A stretch of DNA of 64,000 nt, taken from the NCBI GenBank assembly GCA_963732385.1, contig CAVSZB010000004.1, positions 1 through 64,000 of the forward strand, written 5' to 3'. This document shows positions 20,958 to 31,779 of the stretch, in pieces. Position 1 is the stretch's first letter, and every line of letters starts with the position of its first letter. A program made the translations under genes and the position numbers. The notes under the pieces were generated by a model. The model did not search any database. It saw nothing but the letters and a program-made list of their open reading frames with translations, and was not told the DNA's origin. Origin of the DNA: an uncultured bacterium (lineage in GTDB: Bacteria > Krumholzibacteriota > Krumholzibacteriia > LZORAL124-64-63).

Positions 20958-21065
20958 CGTTAACGCTCCTTCGTGTAAGCCATCGATCTGCTGCTCATCA
21001 AAGGTTCCTCAGGGGTACCTGTCGACTCCTCGCGGGAGCCTGCCCTTTGACTCGTTCGCGATCGA

Positions 21066-22307
21066 TCACCCCCCCTCGTAGAGTGTGGTCAGTCTCTCCG
21101 TGATGGCTGACCAACTGAAACGCTGTTCAATGATCCGCCGGGCGCGCTCGGCCCGCCCGCGGGCGGCTTCCGGCGCCGCCAGAACCCGGATCATCGCCTC
21201 GGCGAAAGTCGCGTCCGCGCCCGCTGTCGCGAGCGCGTCCTCGGCCGAGTCGACGATCCCTTCCGCCCCGATGGGCGTGGTCAAGACCGGGATGCCACGG
21301 GCCATGGCCTCCAGGATCTTGATTTTGATGCCGCCCCCCTCGGCGAGCGGGGCCACGAAGAGCCGGCACTCGCGAAAGAGCGGGGTCAGATCATCGACAT
21401 AACCCAACGCCTGCACCCGCTCCGGCTGCCGGTTCAGCCCCGAAAGAAACACCTCGGAGCCGCGTCCGGCAAGCACAAGATGTGCGAATGCGTGGCATTG
21501 GGCGATGTTAGGCCAGACCTTGTCAACCAAAAATTTTGCCGCCACCCGGTTGGGGCGATGTCCGAAACTGCCGACAAAGAGCAGGCGCGGCGGATCCTGG
21601 GGATCCCAGACCGGGCGGATGGCCTCGGTATCGATGCCCAGGGGCACCGTCACGCAACGGCGGCCTCCTCCCGACTCGAGCAGGGCGCGATCCTGGTCCG
21701 TCACGCAGAGGGTGATATCGGCCCAGCGGGTGGCTGCCGTCTGCAGCCGTTCCCAGGCGCGGGCGCGCGAGGCGAGCAGCGCCTTCAGGGGCGCGTTGCG
21801 GGTGATCTCCGCGCGTCGCCACAGGGGCAGGGCGCCGAGTTCGTGGCTGTTGAGGATCAGGCGCGGACCGGCGGTGCCAGACTGTTCCCGCCAGGCCCGC
21901 AGATCCCGACACAGCAGGGAGAGCTGGTGGTATTCGACCTGGACCACGTCCGGCCGCAGTCGATCCACCACCGCCACGACGGCACGGGAAAGCGCTGGGG
22001 AATGGTATTTTTCGACATAGTAGGGATAGCCTGACTGTCGGCTGCGTAGCCAGGCTCTCGCGCGGGCGGCGGACAGGGTGAGCCGACGCGCGCCGGAGGC
22101 GCCCCGGTCGGAGAAGGGGATGGTGTGGACCTGGACCCCCAATTCGGCGACTTCGTCGACCCGGCCGGCGTCACCCGGGCGCAAAAGAGCGAGCAGATGC
22201 GTTTCATGTCGGCGGGCCAGGTGGCGGGCAAGCTCGCGCACCGAAACCCCGCCGCCATGCCCGACGCGGCGGTGTGGCAGGTAGGGAGATATGATCAGGA
22301 CCCGCAT
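21066..22307 (-). CDS. Glycosyltransferase family 4
   Basis: FVGSFGHRPN, GGGIKIKILEAMARGIPVLTTPIGAEG. Confidence 0.92.
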   Translation of the reverse strand: MRVLIISPYLPHRRVGHGGGVSVRELARHLARRHETHLLALLRPGDAGRVDEVAELGVQVHTIPFSDRGASGARRLTLSAARARAWLRSRQSGYPYYVEKYHSPALSRAVVAVVDRLRPDVVQVEYHQLSLLCRDLRAWREQSGTAGPRLILNSHELGALPLWRRAEITRNAPLKALLASRARAWERLQTAATRWADITLCVTDQDRALLESGGGRRCVTVPLGIDTEAIRPVWDPQDPPRLLFVGSFGHRPNRVAAKFLVDKVWPNIAQCHAFAHLVLAGRGSEVFLSGLNRQPERVQALGYVDDLTPLFRECRLFVAPLAEGGGIKIKILEAMARGIPVLTTPIGAEGIVDSAEDALATAGADATFAEAMIRVLAAPEAARGRAERARRIIEQRFSWSAITERLTTLYEGG

Positions 22308-22329
22308 GTGTCCCGGACCTCCCCGGCGC

Positions 22330-22614
22330 CTAGTGGATCACGTAGCCCTTGGAGATCGCGAGGTCGTCGCGGACTTTGTCTAGGGCGAGTTCCCAGTCGG
22401 GAGTGCCCTCCTGCAGGTAGGTCTTGTTGATGTGCAGCCACTGCGTGGCTTCGGCGTCGATCCGCTCTTCGATACGCATATCTTCGAGAATGAGATTTTC
22501 GATCAGGAAGCGGAACCGCTCCTCCGTGATCTCAAGATCGACATGCTCCTCGTTAAGGAGGGTTTCGCAGATCTGGCGGGCGAGAGCCGCCACCCGTTCC
22601 TCCGTCAGCCTCAT
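22330..22614 (-). CDS. DUF507 family protein
   Basis: MRLTEERVAALA...EERIDAEA...LAISKGYVI pattern; paralog of the neighbouring gene. Confidence 0.75.
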   Translation of the reverse strand: MRLTEERVAALARQICETLLNEEHVDLEITEERFRFLIENLILEDMRIEERIDAEATQWLHINKTYLQEGTPDWELALDKVRDDLAISKGYVIH

Positions 22615-22650
22615 GCCGCGCCGCCTCCGGACGCCCCAGGGGGACTTTGA

Positions 22651-22932
22651 CTAGAGTGTGAATCCCCGCTTGCGCGCCAGTTCGCGCTTCATCTTCTGGC
22701 GCAGCACGGTCAGGTCCATCTCCTGACCCTGGATTTCCCCGCGGTGCGCGTCCAGCAGGCGCTCGACTTCGTCTTCGAGTTCCTCCTCGGCGCGCAGGTT
22801 GGCCCAGATTGTGTCGGCAATCGCGCGTTGCGCCAGATCTGGGCGCGTGACGAGATGCATGTTCCGATTGTCCTGAATCAACTTCAGGATCTTATCGCTC
22901 AGGTATTCGACCTTGCGCGAGGAGAGCCTCAC
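22651..22932 (-). CDS. DUF507 family protein
   Basis: MRLSSRKVEYLS...EEELEDEVERLL...KRELARKRGFTL. Confidence 0.8.
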   Translation of the reverse strand: MRLSSRKVEYLSDKILKLIQDNRNMHLVTRPDLAQRAIADTIWANLRAEEELEDEVERLLDAHRGEIQGQEMDLTVLRQKMKRELARKRGFTL

Positions 22933-23128
22933 AGGATGCCTCCGGGTGTTGGCGCCGCGCGGCGGTTGGCCACGTGGCGGCGACGGCGTCTATCAAAAGC
23001 TTTCGGGCCGGTCTTGGCAAGTGCTTTCCCCTCGACTACCGTAGGGCGCGCCGCGGGAACCGGGGCGGGCCGGCTGCGTTGAAGGCCCGCCCGGCGATCG
23101 TGCCCGGGGCGAGAAACGGAAGGAAGCC

Positions 23129-24115
23129 ATGCCAAGCGATCAAATGCTCGACAGGAGCCGCGCCGGGGAGCTTTCCCGGCGCCTCGAAGAGGTGCTGGCC
23201 GAGGCCGGCCGGGTCATCGTGGGGCAGCGGTCGATGATGGAGGGGCTGCTGCTGGGCCTGGTCACCGGGGGCCATGTGTTGCTCGAAGGGGTGCCGGGCC
23301 TGGCCAAGACGCTGGCGGTGCGCACCCTGTCGGGCGCCATCGACGCCAGTTTCCAGCGCATCCAGTTCACGCCCGATCTGTTGCCGGCCGACATCATCGG
23401 CACCACCATCTATCGCCGCGAGACCGGCGAGTTCACCGTCAAGAAGGGACCGATCTTCCACCAGATCATCCTGGCGGACGAGATCAACCGGGCCCCCGCC
23501 AAGGTGCAGAGCGCGCTGCTCGAGGCGATGCAGGAGCGCCAGGTCACGATCGGCGAAACCACCTTCCCGCTGCCGGATCCTTTCCTCGTGCTCGCCACCC
23601 AGAATCCGATCGAGCAGGAGGGGACCTATCCCCTGCCCGAGGCGCAGGTCGACCGCTTCCTGTTCAAGCTGCGGGTCGGCTATCCCAGTCGCGAGGAGGA
23701 ACGACTGATCCTCGAGCGCATGGCCGGTTGCGAGACGCCGGCGGTGCGGCCGGTGATCGCCCCGCCCGAGCTGGCGGAGATCCGCGCGGCGGTGGGGAAT
23801 GTGTTCGTCGACGAGAAGATCAAGGACTACATCCTCAACCTCGTTTTCGCCACGCGCGACCCCGGAGCCTTCGGGCTGGGGCTCGGGCCGCTGATCGCCT
23901 GGGGCGCATCGCCGCGCGCCACCCTTGCGCTCACGCAGGCCTCGCGCGCGCGGGCGCTGCTGCAGGGGCGGACCTATGTCGTGCCGGAGGATGTCAAGGC
24001 GTGCGGGCACGACGTGCTGCGCCACCGCGTCCTCGTCACCTACGAGGCCGAGGCGGAGCGGCTCACCAGCGACGACGTTGTGACGTCGCTGTTCGAGGGC
24101 ATCGAGGTGCCCTGA
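23129..24115 (+). CDS. moxR: MoxR family AAA+ ATPase
   Basis: HVLLEGVPGLAKT, RIQFTPDLLPADI, DEINRAPAKVQSALLEAM, ATQNPIEQEGTYPLPEAQ. Confidence 0.97.
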   Translation: MPSDQMLDRSRAGELSRRLEEVLAEAGRVIVGQRSMMEGLLLGLVTGGHVLLEGVPGLAKTLAVRTLSGAIDASFQRIQFTPDLLPADIIGTTIYRRETGEFTVKKGPIFHQIILADEINRAPAKVQSALLEAMQERQVTIGETTFPLPDPFLVLATQNPIEQEGTYPLPEAQVDRFLFKLRVGYPSREEERLILERMAGCETPAVRPVIAPPELAEIRAAVGNVFVDEKIKDYILNLVFATRDPGAFGLGLGPLIAWGASPRATLALTQASRARALLQGRTYVVPEDVKACGHDVLRHRVLVTYEAEAERLTSDDVVTSLFEGIEVP

Positions 24116-24117
24116 GC

Positions 24118-25032
24118 ATGGTGCGGCAGGAAACGTCGCCCACCGCCATTCCGCGCGAGATCCTCGAGGCGGTGCGCCGCATCGAAATCCGCGCGCGGCG
24201 CCTGGTCGATGAAACCTTTTCGGGCGAGTACCACTCGGTCTTCCGCGGCCGGGGCGTGGCCTTCCGCGAGGTGCGGGAGTATGTCCCGGGCGATGACGTA
24301 AGGTCGATCGACTGGAACGTGACCGCGCGCGCCGGGCACCCCTTCGTGAAGGTGTTCGACGAGGAACGGGAACTGACGGTGATGCTGGTCGCCGACGTTT
24401 CGCGTTCGGGTCGCTTCGGCACCGGGCCGCGCGACAAGGCCGAGATCGTGGCCGAACTGTGCGGCGTGCTCGCTTTGGCGGCGGTGACCAATCGCGACAA
24501 GGTGGGGCTGGTCCTTTTTTCCGATCAGGTGGAACTGTTCATTCCGCCAGCCCGGGGGCGGGGCCATGTGCTGCGGGTGATCCGGGAACTGCTCGCCGCG
24601 CGCCCCGTCGGGCGCGGAACCGATCTCAACGCCCCGCTGCGCATGCTCGGCTCGGTCGTCAAGCGGCGGGCCACTGTTTTTCTGGTTTCCGATTTCTGGG
24701 CGCCCGACTTCGCCACCTCCCTGCGCGTCGTGACCCGGCGCCATGACTGCGTGGCGGTGCGGGTGCGGGATCCGCGGGAGACCGGGATGGCCCCCGCAGG
24801 GCTGGTGCGCTGGATCGACGCGGAGACCGGTGAGAGCCGTCTCGTCGATACCGACCGCGAGCGGACGCGCCAGGAGGCGGCCGCGCGTGCCGCCGCGCAC
24901 GACGTCGGCCTGAGCCGGCTCCTGTTGCGTCTGGGGGTCGATCTGGTCGAAGTGGACGCCTCACGTTCCTATGTGATTCCGTTGCAGGCGTTCTTCGCGC
25001 GTCGCCAGCGGCGCCTCAGGAGAGGGCCGTGA
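24118..25032 (+). CDS. DUF58 domain protein
   Basis: FREVREYVPGDDVRSIDWNVTAR; follows moxR. Confidence 0.93.
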   Translation: MVRQETSPTAIPREILEAVRRIEIRARRLVDETFSGEYHSVFRGRGVAFREVREYVPGDDVRSIDWNVTARAGHPFVKVFDEERELTVMLVADVSRSGRFGTGPRDKAEIVAELCGVLALAAVTNRDKVGLVLFSDQVELFIPPARGRGHVLRVIRELLAARPVGRGTDLNAPLRMLGSVVKRRATVFLVSDFWAPDFATSLRVVTRRHDCVAVRVRDPRETGMAPAGLVRWIDAETGESRLVDTDRERTRQEAAARAAAHDVGLSRLLLRLGVDLVEVDASRSYVIPLQAFFARRQRRLRRGP

Positions 25033-26129
25033 GGCGCCTCGGGTGGAGTGTCGCGGCGGTGGCCGCGGGGGCGCTGCTGGGTGTTGTCGCTGCCGGCGGC
25101 GACACGCGAGCCGCTACCGGCCCGGCGTCGTCGCAGTCCCCGTCCGATACCGCCACGGCCCTGCTGGCGGGGGTCGCCGGGACGGCCGCTCCCCGCGCCA
25201 TCCTGGTCTGGCCCGATACGGTCTCTTTCGGCGATCCGTTCTGGGTGGCTCTGGCCGGGACTTCAGTCCTTTCCTCCTCTGCTGCCGGCGGTGCGGAATG
25301 GCTGGAGTGGGAATCGCCCGCAGCTGATCAGGGGCGGCGCGGCGCCTGGGCGGGTCCGGCGCCGCCGCGTGGCTGGCCACCTCCGGATTCCGGCGCGCGA
25401 GTGGCGGGCCGCGTGCGCGCGTACCGATCAGGTCCGCTGCGCTTCGGCTGGGCGGGGCAGCCGGATCTTTTCTCCACCGTCGTGAACGTACGCCCGCGTC
25501 TGCCGGCGGCCGCGCCGCCGGCGCCGGTGCGGGATCCGCGAGGTCTGGGCTGGCGGGGCCGGCGTCTGGCGCTGCTGGCTCTCGTCGCCGCCGGCCTCGT
25601 GGTACTGCTGGCGCGGCGCTGGCACCGGCGCCACGCGCCGGTCGGGCCGGTCGATGCTCCGTTGCCGCCGCCTGCCTATCTGGCCGCCGCGCGCGCGCTG
25701 TGCGTGCTGCACGACGAGGCGCTGTCGAAGCGGGGAGAAGGACGACGTTTCCTGGATCGTCTCGCGGGCGAGATCCGACTTTATCTGCGCGCGCGCTACC
25801 GCGTGCCGGCGCCGACTTTGACCCCCGACGAGGTCGCTTCGGCCCTGACGGCGCTCGGCCACCCGGTACCGCTCGCGGCTGCCGGCGAGCGCTTGCTCAG
25901 AGGCTGCGACGAGCGACGATTCGCGCCCGGGGCGGCGACCTCTACGGCCTGCCAGGCGCTGCTGGCGGAGGCGGTCGCGTTGATCGCGGTCGGGAGGGTC
26001 CCGGCCCGCTTCACGGCCGTGCCGGCGCCGCTGTTCATTGAAGGCGAGGCCGCCTGGGCGCGTCTCGGCGCCCTGGCGGGCGTGGGCAGGACGGTCGGAT
26101 CCGGGGACGGGGAGGGGCGCGATGCTTGA
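25029..26129 (+). CDS. Bat-operon membrane protein (hypothetical)
   Basis: Signal-like N-terminus, central TM, LAGEIRLYLRARY helical C-terminus; overlaps flanking genes in the moxR-bat operon. Confidence 0.7.
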   Translation: MRRLGWSVAAVAAGALLGVVAAGGDTRAATGPASSQSPSDTATALLAGVAGTAAPRAILVWPDTVSFGDPFWVALAGTSVLSSSAAGGAEWLEWESPAADQGRRGAWAGPAPPRGWPPPDSGARVAGRVRAYRSGPLRFGWAGQPDLFSTVVNVRPRLPAAAPPAPVRDPRGLGWRGRRLALLALVAAGLVVLLARRWHRRHAPVGPVDAPLPPPAYLAAARALCVLHDEALSKRGEGRRFLDRLAGEIRLYLRARYRVPAPTLTPDEVASALTALGHPVPLAAAGERLLRGCDERRFAPGAATSTACQALLAEAVALIAVGRVPARFTAVPAPLFIEGEAAWARLGALAGVGRTVGSGDGEGRDA

Positions 26130-27111
26130 ATTTGCGTACCCGTGGGTGTTGCTGCTCGTCCCGGCCCTGGCCGCGCTGCTGTTTTTTGCGCGGCGGCGCC
26201 CGCGGGTGCGCGCGGCGCTGCGCCACCCCAGCCTCGCACTGCTGCCGACCGACGCGGGCGGGTGGCGGATCCGCGCGGGGCGGATCCTGTTCGGCCTGCG
26301 CCTGGCCGCGCTGTTGCTCGTGGTCCTCGCGCTCGCCCGGCCGCGCCTTGCGCACAGCACCCGCGAGGTGGAAGGAGAGGGCATCGACATCGTCGTCGCC
26401 CTCGACATCAGTGGCAGCATGCGCGCGCTCGATTTCCAGCCGCAGGACCGGCTCGGCGTCGCCAAGCAGGTGATCCGGGAATTCGTGACGCAGCGGCCGA
26501 CCGATCGCATCGGCCTGGTCGTCTTCGCCTCGCGGGCCTTCACCCAGTGTCCGCTCACCGTGGATCGCACCGTGCTGCTCGGTTTCCTGGACGAAGTGCA
26601 GGTGGGACTGATCGAGGACGGCACCGCGATCGGCCTTGGACTGGCCACCGCGGCGAACCGGCTGAAGCAGTCCACCGCCCTCAGCCGGACGGTGATCCTG
26701 CTCACGGACGGGCTCAACAACGTGCCGACGCTCGAGCCGGTCACGGCGGCCGATCTGGCGCGGGCGCTCGGCGTGCGCGTCTACACCGTGGGCGTGGGGC
26801 GCGAAGGGTCCGCCCCCTACCCGGTCGATGACCCGCTGCTGGGGCGGCGACTGACCCGCATCGAGACGCACATCGACGAGGCCCTGCTGCGCCGGATCTC
26901 CGCCACGACCGGGGGCGAGTACTTCCGCGCCGAGGATCCGGAAGCGCTGCGCGCGATCTTCGCCACCATCGACCGGCTGGAGAAGAGCCGGTACGAGATG
27001 ACCGTGAGCACCAATTACCGCGAATTGATGGCCGTCTGCGGCGCACCGGCCCTGGCGCTGCTGCTGTTGGAGGCGGTTCTGGGCGCCACGCTGCTGCGCC
27101 GGCTGCCCTAG
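26122..27111 (+). CDS. batA: BatA-like VWA domain protein
   Basis: FAYPWVLLL, MIDAS DISGSM, DRIGLVVFA, GTAIGLGL, ILLTDG. Confidence 0.92.
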   Translation: MLEFAYPWVLLLVPALAALLFFARRRPRVRAALRHPSLALLPTDAGGWRIRAGRILFGLRLAALLLVVLALARPRLAHSTREVEGEGIDIVVALDISGSMRALDFQPQDRLGVAKQVIREFVTQRPTDRIGLVVFASRAFTQCPLTVDRTVLLGFLDEVQVGLIEDGTAIGLGLATAANRLKQSTALSRTVILLTDGLNNVPTLEPVTAADLARALGVRVYTVGVGREGSAPYPVDDPLLGRRLTRIETHIDEALLRRISATTGGEYFRAEDPEALRAIFATIDRLEKSRYEMTVSTNYRELMAVCGAPALALLLLEAVLGATLLRRLP

Positions 27112-27124
27112 GGAGGGGACCACA

Positions 27125-29125
27125 ATGCGCTTCGCGGCGCACGGATGGCTGTTCCTGCTTGCAGTGCTGCCGCTGCTCTGGCTGCTGTGGCGGGTCGGCG
27201 ACGGCCGCGCGCGGCGCGCCCTGCACACGCTCCTGGGGCCACGGGCCGCGGAGCATGTTGAGGGGGAGCGGCCGCGTCTGCGGGCGCGCCGCCGCCTCCT
27301 GCTGCTGGTGGCCGGGGGGGCGCTCGTATTGGCGCTGGCGCGGCCGCAGTGGGGGGCGCGCGAGGTGACAATCCGCGAGCGGGGGACCGACGTGGTCATC
27401 GCGCTCGACATCTCGAATTCCATGCTCGCCGAGGATGTGGCGCCGAGCCGCCTGCTGCAGGCCCGGATCGGTCTCGACAGCTTCCTGGCGCGGCTCGGGC
27501 GGGGCCGGGTCGGTCTGGTCCTGTTCGCCGGGGCGTCGTTCGTGCAGTGCCCGCTCACGCTCGACCATGCGACGGCGCGCCTTTTTCTGGGTCAGGCCGA
27601 GCCGGACATGATCACGGCCCAGGGCACGGGGATCGCCCAGGCCCTCGCAACATCGCGCGAACTGCTCGAACGGGGAGCCGGCGCGGGGGTGGCAACGGCC
27701 CGTCGGGCGATCATTCTGGTGAGCGATGGCGAGGATTTCGGCGGCGGCTGGGAGGCGGAGGCCGGGCGCTGCCGGCAGGCGGACGTGGCGATTCTGGCCG
27801 TGCCGGTCGGGGAGCCACGGGGCGGCCTGCTCCCGTTGCGTGACGCCGCCGGCCGAGCGTCCGGCTATCTCAAGGATGACGCCGGCCAGGTGGTGCTCTC
27901 GCGGGCCGATCCCGCCGTGCTCGAGCAACTCGCCCGGGCCACCGACGGCGCGGTCCTGCCGTCGGGCCCCGCGGGTATCGACGTCGACGGGCTGCGCGCG
28001 GAGGTGTTGCGTCTCGGCGAACGTGACCTGGTGGAGCGGCGCATCGCCGCGTACGCGGAGCGCTTCGTCTGGCCGCTGGGGCTGGCCCTGATCTGCCTGG
28101 TCGCGCGCGATCTGCTGTTCCTGCTGCCCCGGCGGCGGCTCGCGTCGGCAGTGGGGGAGCCCCGCGTGTCGGCTGGCGCGGCCCGCGCGCGCTGGCGACG
28201 GCGGCGTGGCGCGGCGCCGGTCGGTATGATCGGTCTGGCCCTGCTGATTCTCGCGGCCTCAGGCGCGCGCGCCGCGCCCACCCCACCCGGCCTGCGTCCG
28301 CCGGGAGCGGTGGAAGCCGATCGCGGTCGCGCCCTTTACCGGGAGGGTCGCTATGAGGAGGCGCTGCTGGCGTTCAACTCCGCGCGGGCGCTGAATCCGA
28401 ACGACCCCCGCCTGACGCTTGCCGTTGGCGAGACCCTGGCGCGACTCGGGCGCTCCCCGGAGGCGGTCGACGAATTCCGTCGGGCGGCGGCTCGCGCGGA
28501 TGGCCCTGATCTGCGCGCTGAAAGTCTTTACAATGCCGGCACCTCCCTGCTCGCGGCCGGGCAGACCGAAGCGGCGGCGAAAGCCCTGCGCCAGTCGCTG
28601 GCGCTCGACCCGGGTCGGGAGGATGCTCTGCGCAACCTCGAGATCGCGTTGCGCGAAGCGGCAAGGCAGGCGCCCTCCCCCGGGGAGCAGAGCCAGCCGC
28701 AGAAGGGGGACGACTCTTCACAGGACAAGGAGGCGGGATCGCCGCAGTCCGGACAGGATCCGTCGTCAGGTGGGGAACCGTCCTCTTCACAGCCATCACC
28801 GGCGGAGGGATCCGCGGGGAGTCCGACGCCGGAGAGCCGGAATGACGAGCCCCGGTCCGGAGCGGAGGGTGGGGCCGCGGACACCCCGTCGCCGGACGCC
28901 GCTCCCCCCGCCGGATCGAGCGGGGCCTCCGGGGGCCAGGAGGGGGCGCCTTCGTCGTCAGCGGAGGCGGCCTCGGCCGCCGGCGGCCGCGCGGGTCCCG
29001 GTGAGATGACCCGGGATCAGGCGCTCGATCTGCTGCGCGCTTTGGATCGTGACGAGATGGAATTGCGTCGGTCGGTTCAGAAACGGGTCAAAGTCGCCCA
29101 GGGTGCCGGGGGGAAACGATGGTAA
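27125..29125 (+). CDS. BatB-BatC fusion (VWA, TPR, low-complexity tail)
   Basis: LARPQWG, DISNSMLAEDVAPSRL, LVSDGE; then TPR (SLYNAG, DALRNLEIA), Ser/Gly/Pro linker, C-terminal KRW. Confidence 0.88.
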   Translation: MRFAAHGWLFLLAVLPLLWLLWRVGDGRARRALHTLLGPRAAEHVEGERPRLRARRRLLLLVAGGALVLALARPQWGAREVTIRERGTDVVIALDISNSMLAEDVAPSRLLQARIGLDSFLARLGRGRVGLVLFAGASFVQCPLTLDHATARLFLGQAEPDMITAQGTGIAQALATSRELLERGAGAGVATARRAIILVSDGEDFGGGWEAEAGRCRQADVAILAVPVGEPRGGLLPLRDAAGRASGYLKDDAGQVVLSRADPAVLEQLARATDGAVLPSGPAGIDVDGLRAEVLRLGERDLVERRIAAYAERFVWPLGLALICLVARDLLFLLPRRRLASAVGEPRVSAGAARARWRRRRGAAPVGMIGLALLILAASGARAAPTPPGLRPPGAVEADRGRALYREGRYEEALLAFNSARALNPNDPRLTLAVGETLARLGRSPEAVDEFRRAAARADGPDLRAESLYNAGTSLLAAGQTEAAAKALRQSLALDPGREDALRNLEIALREAARQAPSPGEQSQPQKGDDSSQDKEAGSPQSGQDPSSGGEPSSSQPSPAEGSAGSPTPESRNDEPRSGAEGGAADTPSPDAAPPAGSSGASGGQEGAPSSSAEAASAAGGRAGPGEMTRDQALDLLRALDRDEMELRRSVQKRVKVAQGAGGKRW

Positions 29126-31779
29126 GGGGTCCCTGCGGTTTTCCGGTCCTGTCAGGACGAGGGAGAGGCGGTCGCGCGCCGGCATTGGGGTTGATCCTCG
29201 CGCTCGGCCTGATCACCCCGTCGGTCGCCTCGGCCCTGACCTGCACGGCGCAGACGGACCGGGCCCGGGTGTCTCCGGGAGAGCAGATTCTCCTGACGAT
29301 CTCCCTCGATGGGACTTTCCAGGACGTGACGCGGCCCGTCCTGCCCCCCCTCGATGGAGTGATCGTGCGGGAAGGGGGCACGAGCCGGAGTTTCACGCTG
29401 ATCGACGGCCAGCGGAAAGTGAGCCTGAGTTTTTCCTATACGATCGAGGTGCGGCGCGACCGATCCTTCACCATCCCGGCGCTCACGCTCCGGGCCGACG
29501 GACAGGATTACACGACCCGGCCCATTCCGATCGAGGTCGTGCCTGGCGCGGGCAGCGGTGCGGCGCCTTCGCCTGGCCAGCCGTCGGTCACGGCGGCTCC
29601 TACCCGGCCTGGCTCGCGTCCCCGCCCGGACGGGAGCGGCGGAAGTCCGGGCGACCCGCTGTTCGTCACCCTGATTGCGGATCGCTCGCGCGTCTGGATC
29701 GGTGAGCAGGTCGTGGTCGCGTTCCGTTTTCACCGCCGGGTGCCGTTATGGGATGCGCCGCAATACCGTCCGCCCCGCAGTGAGGGGTTCTGGCGCGAGG
29801 ATCTCACGCCGGAGCGCAACTTCGCCGTGACGGCCGCCGGCGCTCGCTACGAGGTCACCGAAATCCGGTACGCCCTCTTTCCCACGCGTGCGGGGCGTCT
29901 CATCATCGAGCCGGCTGAGGTTACGCTCCCGGACAACCCGTTCTCCCGCTTCGACCGTTTCTTCGGCCGCGCGACCGCGCCGGAGTTGCCGCGCCTTCTG
30001 CGCACGGGGGCGCTCACCCTGGAGGTCATGGCCCTGCCCGAGCCCCGCCCCGCTGGTTTCAGCGGAATGGTCGCCACCCGCGCGACCCTCGCGGCAAGGC
30101 TTTCCCAGGTGCGGGTGCCTCGCGGCGAGCCGCTCACGCTTACCGTCGAACTCCAGACCGACGGATTCCTGAAGGGCCTGGCGGGAGTGCCTCTGCCGCC
30201 GTTGCCGGGGATCGAAGTCCACGACGCGGGCGATCGCTTCGAGGTCGATCGCGGCGGCGATCGCCTGGTCAGTCACTACCGCGAGGAGAAAGTGCTCGTG
30301 CCCCAGGAAGAGGGGATCGTGCATCTGCCGGCGGTTCAATTTTCCTATTTCGATCCGTCGCGTGGCAGGTATGCCACGGCGCAGGTCGAGCCGGGTGACC
30401 TGAGTGTCGGACCGGGCGGCGCTGGGCGGCCGGTCGCGCAGGTCGACGGAACGGACGTACGGATGTCGCGTGAACCGGCGACGGAGCAACCCGTGCCGAG
30501 ACGTCCGCGGCTGCGCGGACAAGACTTGCCGGTGCGCCCAGGCTGGTGGGCGGCGCTTTTGGCGCCGGCGCTGGCGCTGGGGATGCTCGGTCTGCGCCGT
30601 CGACGGGAGCGCCGCCTCGCGCGTGATCCCGCCGCCCGGCGCAGGGCGCTCGCCCTGGCCGAGGCCCGGCGTCATCTGCGGCGGACCGTCGACGGGGGTG
30701 GCGATGCGGGGGCGCTGTCCGACATTGCCCACGCGATCGCCGGCTATGTCGGCGACCGCACCGGTCGACCGGTCACTGCCGTCGGTGCGGAGGAACTGCG
30801 GGATCACGCCGCGGTTCTCGGGCTCGCCGAGGTGGGGGAGCAGTTGGCGCGTGTTCTGCGCGCCTGTGATGAGGCGCGTTTCGCCGGTCGGGAATCGTTT
30901 GCCTCCCCGTCGGCGCTGGCCGCGGAGGCGGAGCGGTTGTTGATGGCGCTGGAGAACACCGGTCCCAAACGATCTCGATGGTGGCTGCGTCGGCCGCCCG
31001 GCGCGCTTCTGGTGGCCATGGTCTGCGTGCTCGGCCCGGGCACGGCCGGGGCTGGGGAAGCCGGGCGTGACCTGGCCGCCATTGCGCGGTTGTTGTCCGC
31101 AGGCGCTGCGGCGTGCGCGGCTGGCGATGACGCCGCCGCGGTCGCGCGCTATCGCGAGGCCGTGGCGTTGGGAGTGGACGATCCCGCCCTGCACTACAAC
31201 CTCGGCAATGCGCACGCCCGGCGGGGCGAACTCGGCCTCGCGGTCGTCAGCTATCTGCGCGCCCGTCGTCTGGCACCACGGGACCGGGACGTGCTGGCGA
31301 ATCTGGAATTGACGCTCGCGCGGGGGCGGGATCGCGATCTGCTGCCGCGGCGCCTGCCCCGCGGTGTCGCCTGGCTGGCGGCTCTGCCGGGGTCGCTCTC
31401 GCTGGACGAATGGAGTATTCTCACGCTGGCGCTCACGTGGATCTGCGCGATTCTGGGCGCTCTGCGCTGGCGACGGCGCGGCGCGCCGCCGGTCGTCAGC
31501 CGGCTGCTCCGTGGCGGACTGTTCCTGCTCGCCGCGGCCGGCGCGACGACGGCTTTGCGCTTCCATCAGGAACGGGCCGGCGGGCAGGCCGTGGTGGTGG
31601 TTGCCGAGGCGGAGGTGCGCAGCGGTCCGGCGGCCTCCTACCCGGTGGCCTTCCGTGTGCATGACGGTTTGCCGCTCACCGTGCAGGACCGGCAGGAGGG
31701 GTGGCGGCGGATCAGCCTGGGCGGCGCCGGGACCGGCTGGCTGACGACGAACAGCGTCGAGATGGTGCAGCTGCCGTGA
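29119..31779 (+). CDS. BatD-BatE fusion (BatD Ig-like repeats, TPR, SH3-like)
   Basis: YALFPTRAG, FSYFDP, LHYNLGNAHAR, VRSGP...VHDG...GW. Confidence 0.85.
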   Translation: MVRGPCGFPVLSGRGRGGRAPALGLILALGLITPSVASALTCTAQTDRARVSPGEQILLTISLDGTFQDVTRPVLPPLDGVIVREGGTSRSFTLIDGQRKVSLSFSYTIEVRRDRSFTIPALTLRADGQDYTTRPIPIEVVPGAGSGAAPSPGQPSVTAAPTRPGSRPRPDGSGGSPGDPLFVTLIADRSRVWIGEQVVVAFRFHRRVPLWDAPQYRPPRSEGFWREDLTPERNFAVTAAGARYEVTEIRYALFPTRAGRLIIEPAEVTLPDNPFSRFDRFFGRATAPELPRLLRTGALTLEVMALPEPRPAGFSGMVATRATLAARLSQVRVPRGEPLTLTVELQTDGFLKGLAGVPLPPLPGIEVHDAGDRFEVDRGGDRLVSHYREEKVLVPQEEGIVHLPAVQFSYFDPSRGRYATAQVEPGDLSVGPGGAGRPVAQVDGTDVRMSREPATEQPVPRRPRLRGQDLPVRPGWWAALLAPALALGMLGLRRRRERRLARDPAARRRALALAEARRHLRRTVDGGGDAGALSDIAHAIAGYVGDRTGRPVTAVGAEELRDHAAVLGLAEVGEQLARVLRACDEARFAGRESFASPSALAAEAERLLMALENTGPKRSRWWLRRPPGALLVAMVCVLGPGTAGAGEAGRDLAAIARLLSAGAAACAAGDDAAAVARYREAVALGVDDPALHYNLGNAHARRGELGLAVVSYLRARRLAPRDRDVLANLELTLARGRDRDLLPRRLPRGVAWLAALPGSLSLDEWSILTLALTWICAILGALRWRRRGAPPVVSRLLRGGLFLLAAAGATTALRFHQERAGGQAVVVVAEAEVRSGPAASYPVAFRVHDGLPLTVQDRQEGWRRISLGGAGTGWLTTNSVEMVQLP

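Noticed and set aside
19524..20963. 479-aa + strand ORF spanning the porin
   Set aside because: Antisense open frame caused by codon bias; no motifs.
22330..22932. Tandem DUF507 paralogs as a novelty
   Set aside because: Paired arrangement is, to my knowledge, common for this family.
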